From a virus (Duplodnaviria; Caudoviricetes), in the IMG/VR virus record IMGVR_UViG_3300027644_000013, positions 1 through 59,554 of that record: a stretch of 59,554 nt of DNA; one strand, 5' to 3'. Positions 48,111 through 56,749 of the stretch are shown here, one piece after another (within the stretch, counting starts at the first letter, position 1; every line of letters starts with the position of its first letter). The notes below the pieces were generated by a model. The model was not told where the DNA came from, made no database searches, and saw only the letters and a program-made list of their open reading frames with translations. Made by a program: the position numbers and the translations under genes.

Positions 48111-48367
48111 GTTTGCCAGCACGCTTTCAGTTTCTGCAAGACGCTTCGTTTTTTACCCCGAAGAGTCACCACAAGGTTCTCCCCTGTCCTGTCCAGATCC
48201 ACGACGGCTTGCTCAGTGCTTTTTAGCACTTCAAAAGCACATTCCTCGGTGATCTCCATCGCCCCATATCGGAAGGCGTACAGGGCAACCACGTTCTGCC
48301 AGAAGTTCGTCTGCTTCCGTGCAGATCCAATTACATCCTCGGGTTTAGTTTTTTGAGGCCTATTCAT
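48095..48367 (-). CDS. Hypothetical protein
   Basis: GGAG RBS before ATG 48367; operon continuity. Confidence 0.55.
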   Translation of the reverse strand: MNRPQKTKPEDVIGSARKQTNFWQNVVALYAFRYGAMEITEECAFEVLKSTEQAVVDLDRTGENLVVTLRGKKRSVLQKLKACWQTWNSN

Positions 48368-48569
48368 CGTCTTTCTCCTTTGTTTTGGGTTGCCCAGCCC
48401 AATGGTGGTACAGGGCTTGCATAAACTTACTTCGCTGTCCTTTGGTCTGGTCTCCACGGCTGTCGACAAACACATCGGGGCTTTCTTGGAACTCGACCAA
48501 CACCAGATACGTGGCGTTGGATTCCTTTAGGCTCGAAAGAGCCTTGATTGCCTTATCGTCTGCCTTCAC
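48360..48569 (-). CDS. Hypothetical protein
   Basis: GTGA coupling. Confidence 0.55.
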   Translation of the reverse strand: MKADDKAIKALSSLKESNATYLVLVEFQESPDVFVDSRGDQTKGQRSKFMQALYHHWAGQPKTKEKDDE

Positions 48570-49057
48570 GCCACCATCCTCAGTAGATCTTTCTGTCTGC
48601 GGGGGCCTTTGCGGGTTGGAGGGAGGGCAACAAGCTTGTGGCCGATAAGGCTCTGCGGAATGGAGCTTTTGGTTTTATGCGGGACAACGGTGTACCCTTT
48701 TCGCTTTGCGTATGTAACAGTTGCCTTGTCCACCTTGTAGCGTTTGGCGATCTGAATTGCTGGCATACCTCCATCTGACAAGGCCTTCCATTCTGCCCAT
48801 CGCTTTGCGACCTCTTCTGGCGACCTTCCGTATCTCTTTCTTGGGGTAGTTCTCATTCCTTCAAGGGTGATCTGAAAGCGAACCTCTTTTGCCAGATCCA
48901 TTGTGACCTTCGTGTAGGCATGGATGAGCCTCTCAAAGCCAGTCACACGCTCCTCAAGGAACATGATTGTTTTGTGCTGTTGCCAGATCTGCTCGTTCAA
49001 GAGGCTGACCTCCGAGTTGGCTACTAACTTCTTAATTTTTTCGTATGTGGTTTCCAT
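48566..49057 (-). CDS. Coiled-coil plus HTH protein
   Basis: GMPAIQIAKRYKVDKATVTY; AGGAG RBS. Confidence 0.65.
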   Translation of the reverse strand: METTYEKIKKLVANSEVSLLNEQIWQQHKTIMFLEERVTGFERLIHAYTKVTMDLAKEVRFQITLEGMRTTPRKRYGRSPEEVAKRWAEWKALSDGGMPAIQIAKRYKVDKATVTYAKRKGYTVVPHKTKSSIPQSLIGHKLVALPPTRKGPRRQKDLLRMVA

Positions 49058-49065
49058 ATTTCTCC

Positions 49066-50151
49066 TTATGACCTCATCAGTCGTTGTGAATTTTTCATTT
49101 CAATGATGTCGGCAAGCACCGACTCGATTTTCGCCTTTGCTTCCTTCTCCTTGAGACCCGCCTTCGAAGCCAAGCTCCTAGTCGCATCGGTCAACGAAAC
49201 AGAGGAAGCACCCATCGCCACATCTTCGCCGAACGCCTCTTTGATGAGGTGATAGGCAGAGGCAGAGCTGGTGATGGATCTCCGCTTGCTGTTGATTAAC
49301 TTCCAACCAGGAATCTCACCTCCAGCGTCGAGGATCTCCCTCGCCCGCTTGCGAACATTCTCAATCACGCTCTCGGCAAGGGTGCAGACCTCCAGAAGCC
49401 TTGGGAGCTGGCTGGGATCGATAACCGCTGTCGAGCTTGTGGTCGTGAGGGTCTTTGTGGCTTCCTGTGCTTCTGGGCAGATCCCTGTGGCTTTGCAGTA
49501 CTGACACCAAGGACCAACTTGTCGGTAGGCAGACTTATCGGCGATCCGATCCAAGGACAACAGGGTGCGTTCCCGCTCTAGTCGGATCTCTGACCGAGTC
49601 ATCTTCTGTAAGACGATTGGGTTGTTGGGCTGGAGAATGGTCACATAGACCTCCTCAAGTCCGTATTCGTCGGCCGCCAAGAAGGCCAACACCCGAAGCT
49701 GGTGGCTCTTCTCGGTGGGAACAATCCCCATTCCTGTCTTGTAGTCTACGATCAGACCACGCTTAACGATGGTGTCCGTCCACAGAACAAGGTCGGGTTT
49801 CCCTGTCATCAGCGGGGTTTCCCCACGCTTCAGAACAAGTCGCTGTTCCCTGCTGGCCGTCAGCTTACCATTGAAGGTTTCGTCTACGGCTTTGACCTCA
49901 AGGCGGAAGGCCTCTACGGCTTGCTTTTCCATCTCTTGCAAAAGCTCGGCACATTCCACCTCGTCGGCGTTGGGTAGGTCATTGACCTTTCCGTCAGCCA
50001 AGGCGAAGTGAATCCGATCCCCTCTTTTTGCTTCTGGGCCAGTTTCTGTGTCTGGGATCAGCTCCTCTAGTTGCACCGAGCCAACGCAGTTTGTCCACCG
50101 CTCCGCCTTTGATGCACTAGGAAGTCCCATCCGTCCGTCATCAAATGTCAT
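49066..50151 (-). CDS. Cas4-like PD-(D/E)XK nuclease (DUF2800-like)
   Basis: PSASKAERWTNC, GKPDL, IVDYKTG, QL, GPWCQYCK...CP. Confidence 0.85.
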   Translation of the reverse strand: MTFDDGRMGLPSASKAERWTNCVGSVQLEELIPDTETGPEAKRGDRIHFALADGKVNDLPNADEVECAELLQEMEKQAVEAFRLEVKAVDETFNGKLTASREQRLVLKRGETPLMTGKPDLVLWTDTIVKRGLIVDYKTGMGIVPTEKSHQLRVLAFLAADEYGLEEVYVTILQPNNPIVLQKMTRSEIRLERERTLLSLDRIADKSAYRQVGPWCQYCKATGICPEAQEATKTLTTTSSTAVIDPSQLPRLLEVCTLAESVIENVRKRAREILDAGGEIPGWKLINSKRRSITSSASAYHLIKEAFGEDVAMGASSVSLTDATRSLASKAGLKEKEAKAKIESVLADIIEMKNSQRLMRS

Positions 50152-50330
50152 ATTGCTCCCTCCGAGGCTCTAGCCTGTATTTCAAATTGCAGATGTTTGT
50201 AGTAGAGGCTTCCAGTCTCCCGACCTTTCGGGAATTCAGTCCAAGTCTTCTTGTCCTGTTCAGCCGTCCACTTTCCGCTTCGCATTGCCTCAAGCCTGTC
50301 GATGGCCTCCTTGATGGAGGCGGTCTTCAT
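50148..50330 (-). CDS. Hypothetical protein
   Basis: MKTASIKEAIDRL; ATGA coupling to the nuclease. Confidence 0.55.
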   Translation of the reverse strand: MKTASIKEAIDRLEAMRSGKWTAEQDKKTWTEFPKGRETGSLYYKHLQFEIQARASEGAI

Positions 50331-50341
50331 TTTATTGATTT

Positions 50342-50512
50342 TCAATTCAGCTCCTTCCGCACCCAGTCGATTAGGACGCAAAAGCAAGCCACCAAGAAGA
50401 CCAGACCCGACACCCCCATCCCTAAGCCTATTAGGACAAAGACGATGGTGTGGATCCATTCGGCTATCTCTTTCCAAAGCGAGAATTCAGAAGGGGAGAT
50501 CATCAGATTCAT
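50342..50512 (-). CDS. Small single-TM membrane protein (not in ORF track)
   Basis: ...WIHTIVFVLIGLGMGVSGLVFLVACFCVLIDW...; AGGAGG upstream. Confidence 0.5.
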   Translation of the reverse strand: MNLMISPSEFSLWKEIAEWIHTIVFVLIGLGMGVSGLVFLVACFCVLIDWVRKELN

Positions 50513-51344
50513 CGCCTCCTCCTTGCGGTTTCTCGGGGTTTTCTAAAAGCACTTCGGCAATGATCTCGTTCCGCTCGATGTCCTTTTTGAAGGGCTTGCC
50601 GTCGTTGGCGAGTTTCAGCTCCTGTCGTGCCAGCCACTCTAGGTAGCGGAGACCTTCCTCATCCTTGGCAACTTGGCGAATGGTCAGACCCTTATATTTT
50701 CCAAAGGTCATAGCCATGTCACGAGTCGGGGCGTTGGGATCACGTTTCGGCAAGGCCTTCGCTTCACGCACGATTGCCTCTGCAAAGTCCTTCTTCAACG
50801 CCTTCTCTTCCACGATCTCGAGCTTGGGAGCTGGAGAGGAGATGATCTTCACAGGGGCTGTGGTTGCGTAGGAAGAAGAGAAGCCACCTTCTGGAACTTC
50901 TTCGGCTGGGGTGACAGAGAGGTTCTTTACTCCCATCAAAGGCACGCAAGAGGCCAAGGCCATCTTACAAACTTTTGAGGCCGCACGAGTCTGGGCCATA
51001 CTGCGTACTGCGTACTCGGGGGCTGACTTCCAGCGTGCTTCTGTGCGGTCACAGAATCCCTCCGCCTCTGCTACCACAACTCCGTTATCGACACGCTTTA
51101 GGTAGGCCTTGGCAACAAACCCTTCTCCCTCCTTCTTTACCTCGCCTCCGCTGACCACAAATCCAAATGCGTTCGCCATCATCGCCCAACCTGGACTTTG
51201 AATATATTTCTTTCCTTGGATTTCGATGGTTTGACCAAGCACGCCCTCACGGACGGCGTTGGCTATTTCAATGGAACGGCGATGAAGAGCAGTCGGGTCA
51301 GTCAACTGATTGTATCGCTCCTGTGTCATTAATTCTTGGCTCAT
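50487..51344 (-). CDS. Putative single-strand annealing protein with C-terminal FGKYKG domain
   Basis: IQGKKYI..GW, SMAQTRAASK, TPAEE; MTFGKYKG...YLEWL; next to the exonuclease. Confidence 0.7.
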   Translation of the reverse strand: MSQELMTQERYNQLTDPTALHRRSIEIANAVREGVLGQTIEIQGKKYIQSPGWAMMANAFGFVVSGGEVKKEGEGFVAKAYLKRVDNGVVVAEAEGFCDRTEARWKSAPEYAVRSMAQTRAASKVCKMALASCVPLMGVKNLSVTPAEEVPEGGFSSSYATTAPVKIISSPAPKLEIVEEKALKKDFAEAIVREAKALPKRDPNAPTRDMAMTFGKYKGLTIRQVAKDEEGLRYLEWLARQELKLANDGKPFKKDIERNEIIAEVLLENPEKPQGGGDESDDLPF

Positions 51345-51658
51345 GGTTCTCCTATACTTTTTCTATTTTGGGTTGGAGAAGGCGTTCGGCCTCCTCCTCG
51401 GGGATAAGTCCGTTACGGCAAATAATTGAGCCAGCTTCGATCAACTCGAAAACTTGGCAGAGAGAAAAGCCCAGTCGTTTTGCGAGGACTGAGGAGGAGA
51501 TTCCTTTTAAGGAGTTGCGATTACCAACCGATACATTTGACCAAAAATTTTTAAGAGGTTCGGATTTTGTTTCGCTTGCTACTCGTAATTCGCTCTCGGA
51601 GATGACGCAGTCGATACCAAGCAGATTCTTCTGCTTGCCATAAATATTGTATCGAATT

Positions 51659-52288
51659 TCATTCTGATCGCTTGGTAGCCCACCTTTTGAGGATGTTTCT
51701 TTTTGCGGCGAGACGCTTCTTTTCACTGCGAGATCTCCCACCTTTTGCACCGAGAATTTTCATCAGACTGGAAACTTTTTCTGAAGTGCATCTCCCAGAC
51801 ATTGCTACACCGACCTCAGTTGTCACCAAAAATCTTTCAATTCTTTTTCGAGCCCTCTGGGAGGCCACGACAGCTGGCGACATTAGGGCTTCACGCCTCG
51901 CTTTGACTGCGGGATCGATGTCTGGACAGGCTCTGGAGCAGTCCGCACAGCCCTTCCTAGAGCCTCGCCAGCAAGAGAGGACAGGCTGGAACTCCGACTC
52001 TATCTGCGCCTCGTGGTGGATGGGATATGTGTTAGTCCCCCTCTCCGACTTGGCATACCAACCGCCATCTACATGCGTAATGATACAATCTGCTCCAGCT
52101 TTGAAGCCGACGGCTATTTGCCCCCACGACTCCCCCGCTACGCTCCGAGATGGACAATACCTTAATTTCTTCATACAATCGGGTACTATCCCGTGCGCTA
52201 TCCTCATAAACCCATGACTTATAGGACTTAAACACCACCCCCGTGTCTCCTCGTGGCTATAAGATGGATGCACCGAAATTAACCTCAT
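51659..52288 (-). CDS. Hypothetical protein (start uncertain)
   Basis: CADC and LGAKGGRSRSEKKRLAAKRN basic motif. Confidence 0.4.
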   Translation of the reverse strand: MRLISVHPSYSHEETRGWCLSPISHGFMRIAHGIVPDCMKKLRYCPSRSVAGESWGQIAVGFKAGADCIITHVDGGWYAKSERGTNTYPIHHEAQIESEFQPVLSCWRGSRKGCADCSRACPDIDPAVKARREALMSPAVVASQRARKRIERFLVTTEVGVAMSGRCTSEKVSSLMKILGAKGGRSRSEKKRLAAKRNILKRWATKRSE

Positions 52289-52352
52289 AACTGAGGAATA
52301 AAACCAAGGAGTAGTTAATTTATCAAATGCTCAAATAGGTAGTAATTAAAAA

Positions 52353-52396
52353 GGTGTAAAACACCGCAAGGTGTTGAACACCATCATATTGGTGTT
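52353..52396. promoter_or_regulatory. Operator-like alternating GGTGTT/AACACC half-sites at the divergence point
   Basis: GGTGT 52353, AACACC 52360, GGTGTT 52370, AACACC 52377, GGTGTT 52391. Confidence 0.65.
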
Positions 52397-52429
52397 GCCC
52401 TGCATGCCCAAGATTGGGTACTCGTAGAA

Positions 52430-52648
52430 ATGCCGAATAAGCGTCATCCAGCCCGAAAGTTCATGGGATTCTGGGCTACAACTCTCCTCAAGGAGAGGCT
52501 GCGGGAACACGCAATTAAAAAACGGACTACCCTATCTGTCTTGATGCACGACATATTAAATGATTACTTATTGAAGTTGCGAAACAGAAAAGGACGCTTA
52601 CGCAATGAGAGCAATTTTAATAGATCCAAAGGCGACGCCAGCAATTAG
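52430..52648 (+). CDS. Ribbon-helix-helix-like regulator
   Basis: RKFMGFWATTLLKERLREHAIKKRTTLSVLMHDIL. Confidence 0.6.
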   Translation: MPNKRHPARKFMGFWATTLLKERLREHAIKKRTTLSVLMHDILNDYLLKLRNRKGRLRNESNFNRSKGDASN

Positions 52649-52904
52649 CGAAATTAAGATTAAGGGTGATCTGGCTGGGATCCAGAATCTGGTCGGCGGC
52701 TACATCGAGGCTATTGGAATTGGTAGCGATGTTTTGTTTGTGGACGAAGACTGGAGCGTCAAAGAACCATCGAAACGGCACAAGGGCGAGTTCCTTGTCG
52801 GCAAAACCAAGGTAGGTGGTCGTGGCCTTATCCTTGGCCCAAAAGGCGAGAAGAGTACGAAGCTCAAACTACTGGAAGCCTCCCAGTTGATTACGATTCT
52901 TTAA
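52605..52904 (+). CDS. DUF3846-like protein
   Basis: AILIDP...IQNLVGGYIE...LFVDED. Confidence 0.75.
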   Translation: MRAILIDPKATPAISEIKIKGDLAGIQNLVGGYIEAIGIGSDVLFVDEDWSVKEPSKRHKGEFLVGKTKVGGRGLILGPKGEKSTKLKLLEASQLITIL

Positions 52905-53356
52905 TTAAGACTGACTCGGCTTGCTTGGAGTCTGACGGCCTCTGCTTTTAAGTGAGCCATAGCCAAACGAGTCCCCTGTTTGCATTTGGTGATGCTCGTA
53001 AGGGTCTTGTCTAAAGCGTCTGTCATGTCCCCTGCACTCTCCTCGATCTGCCATTCCAGTCCGTGTCCTGGTGCCTGTTTCATTTTCCCCCATTGGAACG
53101 GCGGCTCGACATCAGCTCCCCACTTCTCGTAAAGGATCCCCATTGGATCTAGGTGACACCACAGGAAGGCTCTGGTTGACCAAGTATCTGTATTCTTCTT
53201 AATCGAGATCATCGCCGTCCAAGTCTGGCTTTCTACATTCGGCCCGACTAAAGCCACAAGGCTCTCATCCTCGGTAAGTATTCCAGAAATGGTGAAGGGA
53301 TGTTCCTTCTTCAACTGCTCAAGTGAGGGAATTCCCTCTATCTGATATAATTTCAC
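52901..53356 (-). CDS. Hypothetical protein
   Basis: 151-aa ORF. Confidence 0.55.
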   Translation of the reverse strand: MKLYQIEGIPSLEQLKKEHPFTISGILTEDESLVALVGPNVESQTWTAMISIKKNTDTWSTRAFLWCHLDPMGILYEKWGADVEPPFQWGKMKQAPGHGLEWQIEESAGDMTDALDKTLTSITKCKQGTRLAMAHLKAEAVRLQASRVSLN

Positions 53357-53407
53357 ACCTTTTCTTGTACCCTCACGAAAAGCGAGGTCAAGCGTAAGGT
53401 GGAAAAA

Positions 53408-53761
53408 TTAAGCGGATTCAGTAGTTACATCCAGCCCACTAGCGGCCAGAACAAACTGAATGGTGTAACTGGTGGTGATTAGTCCAGTTGTGGAATCCAC
53501 GTTAGAGCTTTTGCTTAAAGACAGCCTGTTGGGTCTGTCTGCTGTGGCCTTGGCCAAGTAGGCTTGGAAAAGCTTTTCAACTATTCCGTAGTAAATCTTT
53601 CGGATGTCGCCAGTCGTTGCGTTGGCTTCCGCAGCTGTAATCTCGGGAAGTGTTTCGTTTGTATTCCCACTGATCCCAAAATTGATTGCCGCTGTAGTTC
53701 CGCTACCCGAGAGGGTGTAACCCGCTCCCAGCCAGCCCGATGGTGTTGCGCTAAATGCCAT
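53408..53761 (-). CDS. Isolated structural-type protein (MAFSATPS...)
   Basis: T/A/S/G-rich virion-like composition; start 56 nt from site 6. Confidence 0.65.
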   Translation of the reverse strand: MAFSATPSGWLGAGYTLSGSGTTAAINFGISGNTNETLPEITAAEANATTGDIRKIYYGIVEKLFQAYLAKATADRPNRLSLSKSSNVDSTTGLITTSYTIQFVLAASGLDVTTESA

Positions 53762-53812
53762 GAGTTGAAAATTGGCTACTCCCTCAAATAAGCCAAAAGG
53801 TTTCTGCGTATA

Positions 53813-53821
53813 GGCGACGCA
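53813..53821. promoter_or_regulatory. TGCG(T/A)CGCA-type site 6
   Basis: GGCGACGCATAGCT (reverse strand AGCTATGCGTCGC, the same 13-mer as site 1); centre 53817 is 56 nt from ATG 53761. Confidence 0.75.
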
Positions 53822-53852
53822 TAGCTTTTGGAACAGATGCGTACTCCAACCC

Positions 53853-54134
53853 ATGACCCAAGTTGGAATACTGAAATACATCGCTGACAAGTGGCACGTC
53901 TCCATTGACGGCTACTGCATCCCCTTCCCCGACTTAAAGCTGGCACAGGCCTACTTGGACTACATCCGACTCTGGGAGGGTGCTGGCGAGATCATCTCCT
54001 ACGACCACGCAAACAAGACCCTGTTCTGGGCGAAGAAGGATGCCCCACAAGTGCGCCGACGGCACAGGGGTACGCACCGAAACAAGCAATCCAGCCAATT
54101 CAAATCGGCAACACGAGAGGACTCTGACTTATGA
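53853..54134 (+). CDS. Hypothetical protein
   Basis: First ORF of the rightward early block. Confidence 0.45.
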   Translation: MTQVGILKYIADKWHVSIDGYCIPFPDLKLAQAYLDYIRLWEGAGEIISYDHANKTLFWAKKDAPQVRRRHRGTHRNKQSSQFKSATREDSDL

Positions 54135-54469
54135 AAACACAACTAACCATAATCGGAACTAACCACGGCAAGGGAACGAGCCGTATCTGGCTGGAAGGCA
54201 AACGCCTCGTGGAGGCGGGGTTCGAGGTCGGCACTCGGTATGACCGATACACGGATTTTAATCCAAGGGGTGCCATTCAGCTCATCCTTAACCCGAACGG
54301 CAATTTCAAGGTCTCTGGCAAGGGCGAGAAGCCAATCATCGACATCAGCGGTGGAGCTGTAACTGAAACCTTTGCGGATCATATCTCCAAGTCTTCCCCG
54401 AAGACTCCTGTTGTTGAGGTCGAGTACTCCAAGGGCGAAATCTTTATCAAAGAGGCGGGGTGTCGGTGA
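54131..54469 (+). CDS. AbrB/SymE-like beta protein
   Basis: RIWLEGKRLVEAGFEVG...KVSGKGEKPIIDI. Confidence 0.6.
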   Translation: MKTQLTIIGTNHGKGTSRIWLEGKRLVEAGFEVGTRYDRYTDFNPRGAIQLILNPNGNFKVSGKGEKPIIDISGGAVTETFADHISKSSPKTPVVEVEYSKGEIFIKEAGCR

Positions 54470-55065
54470 CGATCCTGTCACTATTCGACTACTCTGGTGC
54501 GTGGTCACGGCCTTATCACGAGGCTGGCTACAAAACGATCCAAGTAGACATCAAGCACGGCGACGATGTTTTAGACATCACCGAGGCTCGGCTCGCCAAG
54601 TGGGGAAAGATCCACGGCATCTTGGCCGCCCCGCCCTGCACTCACTTCTGCGTCTCTGGGGCTAGGCACTTTTCCGCCAAGGATAAAGACGGACGCACCT
54701 CCGAGGGGTTAAAGCTACTCCACAAGACAATGTGGATTATCCAGAAGACAGATCCCAAGTGGTGGGTCATCGAGAATCCTGTGGGTCGCATCAACAGCCT
54801 CTTCCCCGAAATGGAATACTTCGGCCCGACCTATTTCCAGCCTTGGCAGTACGGCGATCCTTACACCAAGAAAACTGGTCTGTGGGGCAAGTTCAAGATG
54901 CCTCCTGTACGCAATCCCGTACGTCCGATTATGTATACCAACTCCAAGGGTCAGAAGGGTTCGTGGATGTGGGCGAAGCTGGGTGGCAACAGCGAGAAGA
55001 CCAAGGAACTGAGATCCCTCACCCCTGCTGGGTTTGCTCAAGCGTTCTTCGAGGCCAATCCGTGA
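54466..55065 (+). CDS. Compact DNA cytosine-C5 methyltransferase
   Basis: ILSLFDYSG (motif I), APPCTHF (catalytic PC), IENPVGR, KKTGLWG, RSLTPAGFA. Confidence 0.85.
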   Translation: MTILSLFDYSGAWSRPYHEAGYKTIQVDIKHGDDVLDITEARLAKWGKIHGILAAPPCTHFCVSGARHFSAKDKDGRTSEGLKLLHKTMWIIQKTDPKWWVIENPVGRINSLFPEMEYFGPTYFQPWQYGDPYTKKTGLWGKFKMPPVRNPVRPIMYTNSKGQKGSWMWAKLGGNSEKTKELRSLTPAGFAQAFFEANP

Positions 55066-55100
55066 AATGCAATTTTAGGAACACGAAAGGACTCCACTAT

Positions 55101-55370
55101 ATGAAAACAAAAAACCGAACCAAACTAAAACCCACCCCGAAACACACCACCGACCTCGTCTGGGTCGATATCGCCCAAACCTCATCCCCATCGGATGCCT
55201 TGGCCTATGGCTTTATGTCCCCAGACCTTGTTCCCATCATTAACCGACTAATCCACGGAGGCTGGCAAGGATCCGCACATTCAATCGTTATCGGTGGGAC
55301 TTGCTACGAGCATCAATACAAAGAAGAGCTTCTTGGCAATACCACCAAGTGGGAAGAGGTCTCCAAATGA
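55101..55370 (+). CDS. Early hypothetical protein
   Basis: Leader motif plus MKTK start. Confidence 0.6.
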   Translation: MKTKNRTKLKPTPKHTTDLVWVDIAQTSSPSDALAYGFMSPDLVPIINRLIHGGWQGSAHSIVIGGTCYEHQYKEELLGNTTKWEEVSK

Positions 55371-55618
55371 CCAGCATCAAGTTTGAAATCACTTGGGAAG
55401 ATGTCCAAGACATCGCCAAACAGCGGAGGGATGAATCCCTAACCAAGAAACAGGCTTGCGAATTGCTGGCAGATATTAAGGACGGAGTCCGTAGCTGGTT
55501 TGACGAAACCAAGGGAGACGCAATCTGCGATTCGTTTCCGCTCGACAGGGATGAGGGCGGTTTTGCCAGAAACCCATCCCTCAACAAGGCCTTAGACAAG
55601 GCTTTTGGCAAAAAATAA
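55367..55618 (+). CDS. Early hypothetical protein
   Basis: ITWEDVQD...LTKKQACELL; ATGA coupling. Confidence 0.6.
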   Translation: MTSIKFEITWEDVQDIAKQRRDESLTKKQACELLADIKDGVRSWFDETKGDAICDSFPLDRDEGGFARNPSLNKALDKAFGKK

Positions 55619-55914
55619 TGAAACAAGAAGTAAGACTCCAAATAGATGTAAGCCTAACCATTGACGCCAAGCACGACAGGGAGGCTGTTCGCCAAATCCT
55701 TGAGCGTGGCATCCGTCAAATGTTCCCCAACAACCACAAGAAATATCATTACGCCTACTTTGCCGAGGAGAGCGACATTTACTCCACGGAAACAGGCGAG
55801 GAAGGCGACGGCGTCAGATGGGAGTACCTGTTCAAACAGCGGGTCAATGATCCCCACGAGCCTCGTGACTACAACGATGCCGAGGGCGTAATGACAATGA
55901 GGGATCTGGCGTGA
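55618..55914 (+). CDS. Early hypothetical protein
   Basis: TAATG coupling. Confidence 0.55.
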   Translation: MKQEVRLQIDVSLTIDAKHDREAVRQILERGIRQMFPNNHKKYHYAYFAEESDIYSTETGEEGDGVRWEYLFKQRVNDPHEPRDYNDAEGVMTMRDLA

Positions 55915-56135
55915 AGGACTGGCAAATCAAAGCCATCGAGCTTTACAAAAGAGGCTACCACGCAGGGGAAATCTCTATGCTTCTGATGGTCGATTACCAC
56001 ACGGCCTACGGCTTCCTTCGCAAGTATGCAGACTACAAGCCTCCACTAAAGAACCCAGATAATCTGTTAAGGCACTTCTCCTTTTCCGATAAGGTTCATT
56101 ACTGGAACAAGCGAGATGGGCTGGTGGAAGTATGA
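55911..56135 (+). CDS. Small HTH-like protein
   Basis: AIELYKRGYHAGEISMLLMVDYHTAY. Confidence 0.55.
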   Translation: MKDWQIKAIELYKRGYHAGEISMLLMVDYHTAYGFLRKYADYKPPLKNPDNLLRHFSFSDKVHYWNKRDGLVEV

Positions 56136-56461
56136 ACCGCCTATTCCCCTTGTTCCTAGCCATCATCCTTGCCATCGGTGGCGAGTATAAGATCACCCAC
56201 ACTTCTGGGCGGTCTACCTTCTGCAAGGTCGATGCAGTCACCCCAGACGGAGACTATGTCGTTCGTCGCCCAAAAAAGATAGTCGGGTATAACAGCGGGC
56301 GTATTCCCATCATCGTTTGGAATAAGGAACAGATCCTTATGTCTGCCCTCGACATATCCGAGGCCAAGCTCATCCGTCCACCAAAGGCCGCCGAGGACAC
56401 TTCTTGGAACAGGCTTAACAAGACTTGGATCCCGCAATCCGAGATGGAGGAGATTCAATGA
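56132..56461 (+). CDS. Signal-anchored small protein (paralog 1)
   Basis: Hydrophobic N-terminus; GGEYKIT...KVDAVTPDGDYV. Confidence 0.65.
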   Translation: MNRLFPLFLAIILAIGGEYKITHTSGRSTFCKVDAVTPDGDYVVRRPKKIVGYNSGRIPIIVWNKEQILMSALDISEAKLIRPPKAAEDTSWNRLNKTWIPQSEMEEIQ

Positions 56462-56727
56462 AGCTACTCCTCCAGACGCTTCTCCTGGGCTTGATCCTAA
56501 AATGCGGGGTCGAATACAGGATCACAGACGATAAGGGTGCGGTCTTTTTCTACAAGATCGAGGAGGCCTTGCCCAACGGAGACTATGTAGCCTATTCCCC
56601 TGCCCGCTGGCTGGGACTCAAAGGCCACGGCCAAACCCTCCGCCCCTGTTACGAATACAAAAAAGACCCCCGCTGGAAGGTCATCCTCACGCCATCCAAA
56701 ATCTTGGAAGCAGAGGAAATCCTTTAG
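56458..56727 (+). CDS. Signal-anchored small protein (paralog 2)
   Basis: MKLLLQTLLLGLIL; GVEYRIT...KIEEALPNGDYV. Confidence 0.65.
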   Translation: MKLLLQTLLLGLILKCGVEYRITDDKGAVFFYKIEEALPNGDYVAYSPARWLGLKGHGQTLRPCYEYKKDPRWKVILTPSKILEAEEIL

Positions 56728-56749
56728 CCACACCAAAGGACTCCCAGAT

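Noticed and set aside
49066-50151. Cas4-like gene as part of a CRISPR system
   Set aside because: It sits with the annealing protein in a standard phage recombination module; no array or other cas genes
51352-51750. 132-aa ORF as an excisionase-like HTH
   Set aside because: The C-terminal HTH-like pattern is weak and the start is ambiguous, overlapping the upstream ORF
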